From: a virus
Lineage: Duplodnaviria > Caudoviricetes
IMG/VR virus record: IMGVR_UViG_3300042936_001056
Location: 1 to 53,931 of that record
DNA length: 53,931 nucleotides
Reading direction: 5' to 3' (one strand)
Shown here: positions 36,317-44,870 of the stretch, in pieces
How positions within the stretch are numbered: the stretch's first letter is position 1
Layout: each line of letters begins with the position of its first letter
Notes under the pieces: generated by a model
What the model saw: only the letters and a program-made list of their open reading frames with translations
Database searches by the model: none
Told to the model about the DNA's origin: nothing
Translations under genes and position numbers: made by a program

Positions 36317-36511
36317 ATGGAAAAAAGTTATCAGATTAAAAAAATAATGTTGTTAAAAGGCAAATTTCAACACGTTATACTACTTAATACACAGGGTGAG
36401 GTTTTCGAAACTAACTGTTTTGGTGAGGCAATGAAAATATGTGAACTAATGAATGCAAATACCGATAGTGGGTGGAAGTATGAGATAGTACAGATATTAA
36501 ATAATAAATAA
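36317..36511 (+). CDS. Hypothetical protein
   Basis: 64-aa ORF within the operon. Confidence 0.55.
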   Translation: MEKSYQIKKIMLLKGKFQHVILLNTQGEVFETNCFGEAMKICELMNANTDSGWKYEIVQILNNK

Positions 36512-36554
36512 GAACGGGCGTTCAAATAACATAAAAAATTAAAAAATAAAAATT

Positions 36555-36953
36555 ATGGAAACAATTTCATTCGCTTTGGGTGTGGCTTCTGTCTTAGTTG
36601 TGCTTTTGGGTACGGTTACAGTATGGGTTACGCTTAAGGTTAAAAATTTAATTAAAGAAAATCGTGATTTAATAATTACAATTAACAATTTAGATCAAAA
36701 TATTGATCGTAGATTTGAAAATCTGGAACATCATTATTCAGATGAAATAAAAGAGATAAACGACACTATAAATGTTAGAACAGATGGTGTTTATATTAGA
36801 ATAAAAGAAGAAACGGTATCATTAGAGAGACATATGGATCATATGTTAGAGACTAGTAAAAAATATACCGATTCCAGAATAGATAAGTTAGTAGACTCAT
36901 ATTTCGAACAAAAAGAAATATTAAGTAAAACAAAACAAATTATCAAAGGATAA
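36555..36953 (+). CDS. Single-pass membrane protein with a coiled coil
   Basis: N-terminal transmembrane segment ISFALGVASVLVVLLGTVTVWVTL. Confidence 0.7.
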   Translation: METISFALGVASVLVVLLGTVTVWVTLKVKNLIKENRDLIITINNLDQNIDRRFENLEHHYSDEIKEINDTINVRTDGVYIRIKEETVSLERHMDHMLETSKKYTDSRIDKLVDSYFEQKEILSKTKQIIKG

Positions 36954-37023
36954 AATAAGATTACGCCCGTTTCTTATTTTAATTGATATTTATCCGTAAG
37001 ATTATATTTATATAAAAAAGTTT

Positions 37024-37818
37024 ATGGAGATAAAAAAAATTACAGAACAAGAGGTTAATGATATTATTCAAAAAGAAAAAATTGATTTATCTTCTTTCGA
37101 AGTCAGAAGTACGTTAAACCCTAAAATTTTTGACGATGAACAACATATGCATGAAGAAATAAGAAGTAGACTTCTTATGATTGCAGATGATTTTTTTGAG
37201 ACATTAAACGTAGAATGGGTAGATATTGATGATATCATATTAACAGGTAGTTTAGCCAACTATAACTGGTCAAAATTTTCAGATGTAGATTTACACATTT
37301 TAGTTGACTTTGAAGAAGTCGATGATAATGAAGAATTAGTAAAAGAATACTTCAACTCAAAGAAAAATTTATGGAATGATAAACACGATATAACTATAAA
37401 AGGTTATGATGTGGAGATATATATGCAAGATACAGAAGAACCTCACGTTTCTAGTGGGGTTTATTCTATTTTATGGGATGGTTGGGTAGTTAAACCAGAT
37501 TCATCAAAAAAAGATATAGATTCTAAAAAAGTAGAACAAAAAGTCAACAGTATTATAGATTCAATAGAAGAGATTTTTTATATGTATAAATCTGGTGAAT
37601 ATGACAAAACTATTAGAAAAATAACCAACCTAAAGGACAAAATTAAAAAAATGAGACAAAGTGGGTTAGATAGAGAAGGTGAGTATTCATTTGAAAATAT
37701 TGCGTTTAAAGTCTTAAGGAGAACAATGTATTTAGATAAATTAAGTGAAATAGAAACTAAGGCATATGATAAATCATTAACACTAGATGAATCAATATTA
37801 AAAATTAAAAATTTATAA
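37024..37818 (+). CDS. Pol-beta-superfamily nucleotidyltransferase
   Basis: LTGSLANYNWSKFSDVDLHI (GS...DxD) and a downstream acidic residue in YDVEIY; ATATTTAT at 37004. Confidence 0.8.
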   Translation: MEIKKITEQEVNDIIQKEKIDLSSFEVRSTLNPKIFDDEQHMHEEIRSRLLMIADDFFETLNVEWVDIDDIILTGSLANYNWSKFSDVDLHILVDFEEVDDNEELVKEYFNSKKNLWNDKHDITIKGYDVEIYMQDTEEPHVSSGVYSILWDGWVVKPDSSKKDIDSKKVEQKVNSIIDSIEEIFYMYKSGEYDKTIRKITNLKDKIKKMRQSGLDREGEYSFENIAFKVLRRTMYLDKLSEIETKAYDKSLTLDESILKIKNL

Positions 37819-37873
37819 AAATCTAATTTTGTTTTTTTATTAAAACTGCAATATTTATTTAATAAATATAATT

Positions 37874-38194
37874 ATGGCTTCAACTTATTTAACAGGTACT
37901 TTTACAGTAATACACAACACTGGTAATACTAATTTTGATAGTTACGTTTACAGTGCGGTTTACTTTAATACAAATGGTACATATACCATAAACGGATCTT
38001 CAATAACAGGTGTTGCAGGTAAAACAATAGACTTATTAATTCAACAGAGCGGTACTACATTAAATAATGGATTCGCATTATTAGGTAATCTTAAACCTGC
38101 AGGATTATTTCAAACAGGATTAATAACATCAACTGGTGGTACAGAACAATATAGGTTTGTTGACATTAAAACTGGATTACCAACTAACGGATAA
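37874..38194 (+). CDS. Small Thr/Gly-rich beta protein, probably structural
   Basis: Composition; ATATTTAT at 37851. Confidence 0.55.
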   Translation: MASTYLTGTFTVIHNTGNTNFDSYVYSAVYFNTNGTYTINGSSITGVAGKTIDLLIQQSGTTLNNGFALLGNLKPAGLFQTGLITSTGGTEQYRFVDIKTGLPTNG

Positions 38195-38213
38195 TAATAA
38201 AAAAAAATAAAAA

Positions 38214-40001
38214 ATGAGAAAAATAGTAAATCCTAAAACATTAAAAGGTCAAGACAAAGTAAATAGAATGTTAGATCTTATGGGAAAAATGAATACACTT
38301 AATGAGAGTAAGTCATTTTCTGAATTGGAGTTAATAAAAAAAGGTCCTAATGGTATTGTTTACGGTATTGTTAGAGAAAATCACGATTACTTTATAAAAA
38401 CATCGAATAAACCTTATGGTAAATTTTTATCAGAAGATTTTCAATACATCGGTGGTTTACAAAATAAAGGTACCGAAAAATATCATTCATATGCTGAGGC
38501 ATTAAAACATTTAAATATTAAGTTTGATATGTTAAATGAATCTTATGGTATCGAATATAACGTCAATATTTTTGAATCTGATGGTAATGCAATTGCAGGT
38601 GGTGCAGGATTCGGTTTCGTATTAGAAAAAGAAGAAGAAATCATTTTAGATGATGATATTACGGAAGAGAAAAAAGTACTTAAAGTAGATGCACCAGCAT
38701 CGGCAACTCCTGAGGCACCAGCGGCGGAGGTACCTGTTGAGGATGATGTTGCGGATGATGAATTTGGTTTTTCTGATGAGGATACAGAAGATTTAAGTGA
38801 TGATGAAGGTGATACACTAGGTGATGAAGGTACTGAAGATTTAGGTGATGAAGGTACTGAAGATTTAGGTGATGATGAAATCACAAAAAAAATACAAAAA
38901 CTAACAGGTAAAATCGGACAGATGTTGAGGGACTCTGAAGATGTTGACCCTAAACTAGAAAAATACGTTATTAACTCAATCATTTCGGCTTTACATTTAG
39001 ATGAAATGGATGAAAGTGATAAAGAAGATATAATCTCAAAGTTCGAAGGAGAGGATGAAGAAGACTCATTTGGTGACGATGATGGTACTGATGATTTTGG
39101 TGATGATGAGGGTTCTGACGAAAGTACTGAAGCACCAGAAGGAGGTTCTGACGAAAGTCCTGAAGCACCTGAAGGGGGTTCTGACGAATTATCAGAATCT
39201 AGAGGTATTGTTTTTTCTAAAAAACAACTTATAGAATCTTTTTTAAACAGAAGTACTAAAAAATCAATTAAAAAAGTTTTAAAAGAAAGAAAAGAAATCT
39301 GTAACGAATGCGGTGGTTACCAAAATGGAGATGTAGTTGAGGGTATGATGTGTGAATGTTCGTCAATGTACGAAGGTGAATCCAATGGGTTTAGTGATGG
39401 TAGAAAAAAAATAGATTTGGCTAAGCCATACGGTACTATAAATGCGGACGACTTAAGAAAGGTAAGAAGTATGAAAAGAAAAAGACATATCGATGAGGAT
39501 GAAATGAATGTTGTAGATGCATTACAAACAGGACAAGGATATCTTTCAGCGACAAAAGATTTAGATAGAGATTTCGATGGTATACCAAACAGATTAGATT
39601 TAGATAATAATGGTGACGGAGATTTAGATTTTTCTATGAATAATAGAAATTCTTTTGATGATGATTTCATTGAATTAGATATCGACTTTTTAAGATCCAA
39701 TGCACCTGTTAAGGAACCAGGAATTGAAACACCTACAACTAAACCAGGAACTGGTAAAGATTGGGGCACGGTTAAGAGACCGAAAGTGGATCCTAGACCT
39801 AAAGCGTTAAGTGATTTAGATAGAGATTTTATGTCTAACGCACCTGTTAAGGAACCAGGAATTGAAACACCTACAACTAAACCAGGAACTGGTACAGATT
39901 GGGATAAAATAAAAAGACCTAAGGCAGATCCAAAACCAAAGGCTATGGGTGACGAAGAAAGAATTAGACCTTCATATAGAAGAAGAGGAATGTTTAGATA
40001 A
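38214..40001 (+). CDS. Large acidic, repeat-rich putative head/core protein
   Basis: Multiple LNES/LSES sites; DLGDEGTE and APEGGSDE repeats; DRDFDGIPNRLDLDNNGDG motif; duplicated Pro-rich tail. Confidence 0.65.
   Translation: MRKIVNPKTLKGQDKVNRMLDLMGKMNTLNESKSFSELELIKKGPNGIVYGIVRENHDYFIKTSNKPYGKFLSEDFQYIGGLQNKGTEKYHSYAEALKHLNIKFDMLNESYGIEYNVNIFESDGNAIAGGAGFGFVLEKEEEIILDDDITEEKKVLKVDAPASATPEAPAAEVPVEDDVADDEFGFSDEDTEDLSDDEGDTLGDEGTEDLGDEGTEDLGDDEITKKIQKLTGKIGQMLRDSEDVDPKLEKYVINSIISALHLDEMDESDKEDIISKFEGEDEEDSFGDDDGTDDFGDDEGSDESTEAPEGGSDESPEAPEGGSDELSESRGIVFSKKQLIESFLNRSTKKSIKKVLKERKEICNECGGYQNGDVVEGMMCECSSMYEGESNGFSDGRKKIDLAKPYGTINADDLRKVRSMKRKRHIDEDEMNVVDALQTGQGYLSATKDLDRDFDGIPNRLDLDNNGDGDLDFSMNNRNSFDDDFIELDIDFLRSNAPVKEPGIETPTTKPGTGKDWGTVKRPKVDPRPKALSDLDRDFMSNAPVKEPGIETPTTKPGTGTDWDKIKRPKADPKPKAMGDEERIRPSYRRRGMFR
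39702..39894 (+). repeat. 55-bp exact direct repeat (39702-39756 and 39840-39894)
   Basis: Encodes APVKEPGIETPTTKPGTG twice. Confidence 0.9.
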
Positions 40002-40399
40002 TGAATTTAGTTTATATTAATAGGATTGGTCAGAATTGGAAGGGGAACTACGTTTATGAGTTCCTCTTTTCTGATATTTTAGAAGATATAGATGGTGACG
40101 GTTGGGACTCATACCCTTCATTGGGAAATCCTGAACCGCCAGAAGATAAATTTATTAAAAAAAATGGTTCTTTAACTACTACACTAAAATTAGATTTAGT
40201 TAAAGATTCAGAATCTTTCGCAATGTGGGACGCAGTTGATGGTATAATCGCATTGGCTTGGGAAAATATGGAAGGGTATGATGATTATCCCGAAAAAAGA
40301 CTTTTCTTTTCATTTGGTGAATCTTTATCTTCCGTAGAAGATAAGTTATACGAAAAGGATATGGTAATAAAATATGAAAAAGAAATGATTAATACTTAA
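40001..40399 (+). CDS. Hypothetical protein
   Basis: 132-aa ORF coupled to the upstream gene. Confidence 0.7.
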   Translation: MNLVYINRIGQNWKGNYVYEFLFSDILEDIDGDGWDSYPSLGNPEPPEDKFIKKNGSLTTTLKLDLVKDSESFAMWDAVDGIIALAWENMEGYDDYPEKRLFFSFGESLSSVEDKLYEKDMVIKYEKEMINT

Positions 40400-40403
40400 A
40401 ATT

Positions 40404-40718
40404 ATGGGTAATAAAATTAGAATTTATGAATCTGAAATAAAAAGAGCCACTAGGAGAAAACTAATGGAAAAATATATTGATTCAGTTGACGAGGCGGAAG
40501 AGATGACAGTTTACAATCAAGATGAATTTGATAGTTCTTTTGATAAATTAGATAAAGGTACTTATGGTGTAAAAGATAAAGAGGGTAAGATACGTTCAGT
40601 AACCGTAAATGAGGATGACGATTTGGATCAAACCTCAAAGGGGGAACCTAAATTATTAAGAAAATCTACGGGAATTAGTAAGGGTAAAGATATTTCTAAA
40701 AGTAAAATTAGAAAATAA
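40404..40718 (+). CDS. Leader-bearing hypothetical protein
   Basis: MGNKIRIYESEIKRATRRKLME. Confidence 0.65.
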   Translation: MGNKIRIYESEIKRATRRKLMEKYIDSVDEAEEMTVYNQDEFDSSFDKLDKGTYGVKDKEGKIRSVTVNEDDDLDQTSKGEPKLLRKSTGISKGKDISKSKIRK

Positions 40719-40739
40719 TAATTTATAATCGTAACTATT

Positions 40740-41480
40740 GTGAAAATTAATATTTTTGAAAAATCCAAAGAAAAAAAAGACAATACTATTCACACAAAAA
40801 AATGGGATAGATGTGTTAAAGACGTGGAGAAGAAGAATAAAGAGAACGGTACCGATTATAACCCATATTCAGTATGTACAGATTCTATTGGTTATGAGGG
40901 TTCTGTTAAAAAACCTCACAGAAAAAAAGATGGGGTAGTTAATCCTAAAATGAAAAAAAAGGACTTAATGGAATATATTAATTCTAAAGTTAGAATTAAT
41001 GAAACACCTAATAATGAAGGTGAACGTCAATATTTTGTAATTAGAGAAATGCCTTCCACAGATAAAGTTAAAATATTCAAATTTTTAGAAAATCTTAAAT
41101 TAAGTGGTGTAATTAATATGTTCGGGGCATCCCCATTATTAAATTGGACTAAGGATGATTTACATAGATGGTTATATGGAATGGGTAAAGATCCTGAAAG
41201 TATAGAAGATGAAATTGGAAATTTAGATGATTACGATGAGGATGATGAGGACTATGTAGGGAACTCAAATGGAGATAAAAATTCTTTAGAAGAACAATTA
41301 ATACATATCAATTATCTTTTAGATAATAAACAAGAGATTAGAGATATTTTAGTTAGGGCAGCAATGGCTAGAATAGAAAATAGTGGTGGTAGTACTGAAT
41401 TAAATAATGTACAAAGAGTGTTTGAGAAGATGGCTAAAGATTCTTTTAAAATGTGGGTAAGTACTATATATGGACATTAA
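40740..41480 (+). CDS. Hypothetical protein with an internal INE site
   Basis: KWDRCVKDV...NPYSVCT; RINET; SGVINMFGASP. Confidence 0.7.
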   Translation: MKINIFEKSKEKKDNTIHTKKWDRCVKDVEKKNKENGTDYNPYSVCTDSIGYEGSVKKPHRKKDGVVNPKMKKKDLMEYINSKVRINETPNNEGERQYFVIREMPSTDKVKIFKFLENLKLSGVINMFGASPLLNWTKDDLHRWLYGMGKDPESIEDEIGNLDDYDEDDEDYVGNSNGDKNSLEEQLIHINYLLDNKQEIRDILVRAAMARIENSGGSTELNNVQRVFEKMAKDSFKMWVSTIYGH

Positions 41481-41490
41481 AAATAAAAAT

Positions 41491-42918
41491 ATGAAAAGAA
41501 AAAATATCGTTAACGAAGTAACCAATAGAGTTATAAAAGAAAAATACAGACTTAACAAACTGGTTGAGGCTATTGAATATGATCCCGAACATCCAGAAAG
41601 GATGAATCCTGATTTAGAGGGTAGACTTAGAAGTGGTGAACATTTATTTGGTAAGAGTAAATCTGTACCAGTGGGTTCTGATTCTCAGAATTATTCCGAA
41701 AAAATCGCAGGACAAAGATTTAAAGAAATTGTTAATAAAGTTAAAAGATATCACGGTGTTAGAAATATTACACCCGATATGATGAGAATGATGTTCCAAA
41801 TAATGGGAGAGATTGGTCAAATTGAGACTAGACATAAAGAAGCATTAGAACAATTGGCAGTTGATATAGTATCAGAGGAGTTTGACATTCCTGATCAAAT
41901 GTTAGAGGCAACTCTTACACCTCCAGGTTCTGAATTAAGTATTGAACCTGATGAAGAGGAAGATGAGGATGAAGATGGAGGGTTTGAGGTTCCTAAAAAA
42001 CCTAAAAGTGCTCAACGTATGGAGGAGTTAGAAATTGAGGTAGATAAAAGGAGAGTGATTAACGCACTTATGCAAGGAGCCGCTAAAAAAGGACACTACA
42101 TCTTCCATATGGTTGCAGACGAATTAGACGCTTTAGATCCTAGATTAATGGGGTTATACGGTAAACTTATGTCATTGGCAGATTTCCAATATTGGATTAT
42201 ACCTGACAGTGTTATGGGTGGACAAGTCGGTGGTGTAGAAAAAATCGAATGGAGAAAGGCAGAAAAACCTGAAGACAAAGATGAAGAAAACGATATGGAG
42301 AGAATCGATATCGAAGAAGGTGATGATATACCAGTTGTAGTTGCTAAGGCTTGGATTTTTCCATTATTAGTTCATGAGTTGATTAAGGGTACATTAGAAT
42401 TATCCGCAATTAACTGGGCTGACGATCATTTAGATTTTGAAGAACAAAAAGAGGTTATTGAAAAGGCGGATACACCTGAAGGTGAGATATGGGGAATGAG
42501 ATTAGGTCCTGGTATGTGGGAGAAATTCTTAGAATGTATTGATTCTGAAAACTACGACATTAAACAATGGTTGTTTAGAGAATTAACTAAGTTACCTGCA
42601 ACACAATTTCACGAATTTATGAAAGAAATACTTAGTGGTAGTCAAAGATGTAAAGAAGTTGTAGACACACTTAAAGACTTACATAATCAAGATAAGGGTG
42701 ATACTATAGAAGATATGTTTAATGACACAGGTTATGATGATATGGAAGATATTATAGATAATTTAGGTGTAGAACCTAAGGAAGATGATATAGAAAACGT
42801 AGAAACAGACGAAGTAGATTATAGTAGAATGTCTAAAAATGAAATAATGAAATTAATTGATGATGCATTAGACAAAGGTGATTTTAAAAAGGTAGAAGAA
42901 CTTCATAAATACGTTTAA
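41491..42918 (+). CDS. Acidic hypothetical protein of the head-gene region
   Basis: MKRKNIVNEVTNRVIKE leader-like start; 475 aa. Confidence 0.75.
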   Translation: MKRKNIVNEVTNRVIKEKYRLNKLVEAIEYDPEHPERMNPDLEGRLRSGEHLFGKSKSVPVGSDSQNYSEKIAGQRFKEIVNKVKRYHGVRNITPDMMRMMFQIMGEIGQIETRHKEALEQLAVDIVSEEFDIPDQMLEATLTPPGSELSIEPDEEEDEDEDGGFEVPKKPKSAQRMEELEIEVDKRRVINALMQGAAKKGHYIFHMVADELDALDPRLMGLYGKLMSLADFQYWIIPDSVMGGQVGGVEKIEWRKAEKPEDKDEENDMERIDIEEGDDIPVVVAKAWIFPLLVHELIKGTLELSAINWADDHLDFEEQKEVIEKADTPEGEIWGMRLGPGMWEKFLECIDSENYDIKQWLFRELTKLPATQFHEFMKEILSGSQRCKEVVDTLKDLHNQDKGDTIEDMFNDTGYDDMEDIIDNLGVEPKEDDIENVETDEVDYSRMSKNEIMKLIDDALDKGDFKKVEELHKYV

Positions 42919-42941
42919 TTAATAAGAACATAAAATAAGAG

Positions 42942-42966
42942 AATCCCACCAAAAGTGGGATTTTTT
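42942..42966 (+). terminator. Intrinsic terminator
   Basis: AATCCCAC-caaaa-GTGGGATT followed by a T run. Confidence 0.8.
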
Positions 42967-42997
42967 ATTTATTAACAATATTTATTAATAAATAAAA

Positions 42998-44014
42998 GTG
43001 ATGATAAATCAAAGAGTACAAAACGCAATAAATAAAATTATTGAAAAAAGATACGATGAGTTAGAGGATTATATTGAGGTGATCGAGTATATTAAAGGAT
43101 TACTAGAATTAAGTTATAGTGATTCAATAGAGGGGGTATTTACTTATTTAATGAATCAAGGTGTAAACCCTTTTGATGAGGTTGATATAGAATTGGATTA
43201 TTATGTGGGTAATGATGATATGTTTTCAATCCTAACAAATATTGGTTGGTTTGACAAATATCTTACAGATAATAAAGAATTTCCTTCAGATTTTGGGGAT
43301 ATAATTAAATCAGGTGATAGGATTTATATGTTTTGTAGTGAGTGGAAGGATTTGGCAGATTTGTTTGAAATAGACGATAAAACTTTAGTTGAGGATATAT
43401 TAGATCCTGATTGGTCAGAAATATTCGGTGATTTTGATGTTAGTTTCGAAAATGATGTAACAGAAGTGTTAAGTGATAAGGCAATAAACCATATAAAAGA
43501 ATATATCAAAGAAAATGATTTTATAGGTAAAGAGATTTATACGTTAGACTCAGAATATGGAGATATTTTAACTGAAGAATTATTAGAAGATAAATACACA
43601 CTTTTCCACTTAATAGATGAAGAACAAATGTTTAATGACTTAAAATGGGAATTAAAAAATATGTATAGATGGTCTTATAATAGTGCCTCAGAAAGTGAAC
43701 TGTTTAAAAGTATAAAAGATGTGATAACATCATTTTTAGGTTCTGAAGGTGATTGGGATGAAATTAAAAAAGGTGAGAAAGTAGATCATATATTAAAATT
43801 TGATGTCACTAATATATTTTACCCATATTTAAAACTTTATGTTGAAGCCACAGGTAAATTTCCATTCGATAATGCAAACTATTTTTTAGAAGTTCTAGAT
43901 GAAGTTTTGATTGAACAAGGTAATGAATTGAGTGCACCGAATGTTGATAATTTTTATCCTGATAGTAGAATGGTAGAAGAGGATATGACAGAAAACGTAA
44001 TTTCTAATCTATAA
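42998..44014 (+). CDS. Acidic hypothetical protein
   Basis: 338-aa ORF; ATATTTAT at 42978. Confidence 0.7.
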   Translation: MMINQRVQNAINKIIEKRYDELEDYIEVIEYIKGLLELSYSDSIEGVFTYLMNQGVNPFDEVDIELDYYVGNDDMFSILTNIGWFDKYLTDNKEFPSDFGDIIKSGDRIYMFCSEWKDLADLFEIDDKTLVEDILDPDWSEIFGDFDVSFENDVTEVLSDKAINHIKEYIKENDFIGKEIYTLDSEYGDILTEELLEDKYTLFHLIDEEQMFNDLKWELKNMYRWSYNSASESELFKSIKDVITSFLGSEGDWDEIKKGEKVDHILKFDVTNIFYPYLKLYVEATGKFPFDNANYFLEVLDEVLIEQGNELSAPNVDNFYPDSRMVEEDMTENVISNL

Positions 44015-44859
44015 TGAAAGTAATAATTAATAATAGACAACATTTACTTTTGGTTGAGGATAGCCAAAAATGGGATAAATTTATTCAGTATTTTAACAAT
44101 AATACAATGAATAAAAATACTAAGGAGTGGTTAAATGATTTTTTCAATACGTTTAATTTAAATAAAGAAACTTTATTAAATAGTGAATCACTCTACAATA
44201 TATTTTTAGATTTTTTTAGGAAAAATGTTGATTACTATAGTAATAACCTTATGGAATATGGGGAAAGGATTACAGAAATATTTGATTTAATTAGTGAAAA
44301 AGAATCTAAACGAATTTTAAGTAGTAATGGTAATCCATTAGAAAAAATAAAACAGTTATTATTATTAGAGAAAAAGTTTCCTTGGAAATATAAAAATGTT
44401 ATGTTAAAGGAGGTTGTTGATGGGTTATTATATGATGTAGTAGAATACTCCTTCAAAAATTATAACCCTATTGATGCAATAACACAATTATCTATTATAA
44501 AGGATAAGATGGGTATTAGTAGGTCAGAAGGTATGGTACCATTAGTTAAGGACTTTGCATCTAAAAATGGTTTAGTATTAATACCAAAACATAAAGGAAT
44601 AACATTTAAAAAGGGGGATGAATCGAGAATTAGGGATTTAATAAATTATATTAAAGATGTACCAATTCTACCTAAAAAAACTAAAAGAGGTTTTTTAAAT
44701 TACATTAATCAAACTGAAAGTGGTGGTCAATTATCTACTTTTTGGAGTGCCGCCAATCAATCTGGTATAATACAAAAAGTAGGTGGCGGTAATAATGTTA
44801 CTTATGAATTAGGTCCGAACTACAAAGACTGGGAAGAAGGTAAAGTAGTAGCGTTTTAA
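44014..44859 (+). CDS. Leader-bearing hypothetical protein
   Basis: MKVIINNRQHLLLVED. Confidence 0.7.
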   Translation: MKVIINNRQHLLLVEDSQKWDKFIQYFNNNTMNKNTKEWLNDFFNTFNLNKETLLNSESLYNIFLDFFRKNVDYYSNNLMEYGERITEIFDLISEKESKRILSSNGNPLEKIKQLLLLEKKFPWKYKNVMLKEVVDGLLYDVVEYSFKNYNPIDAITQLSIIKDKMGISRSEGMVPLVKDFASKNGLVLIPKHKGITFKKGDESRIRDLINYIKDVPILPKKTKRGFLNYINQTESGGQLSTFWSAANQSGIIQKVGGGNNVTYELGPNYKDWEEGKVVAF

Positions 44860-44870
44860 ATTAAAAATAT

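Noticed and set aside
42998-44859. Small terminase subunit upstream of terL
   Set aside because: Neither ORF shows recognisable small-terminase features; position alone is insufficient.
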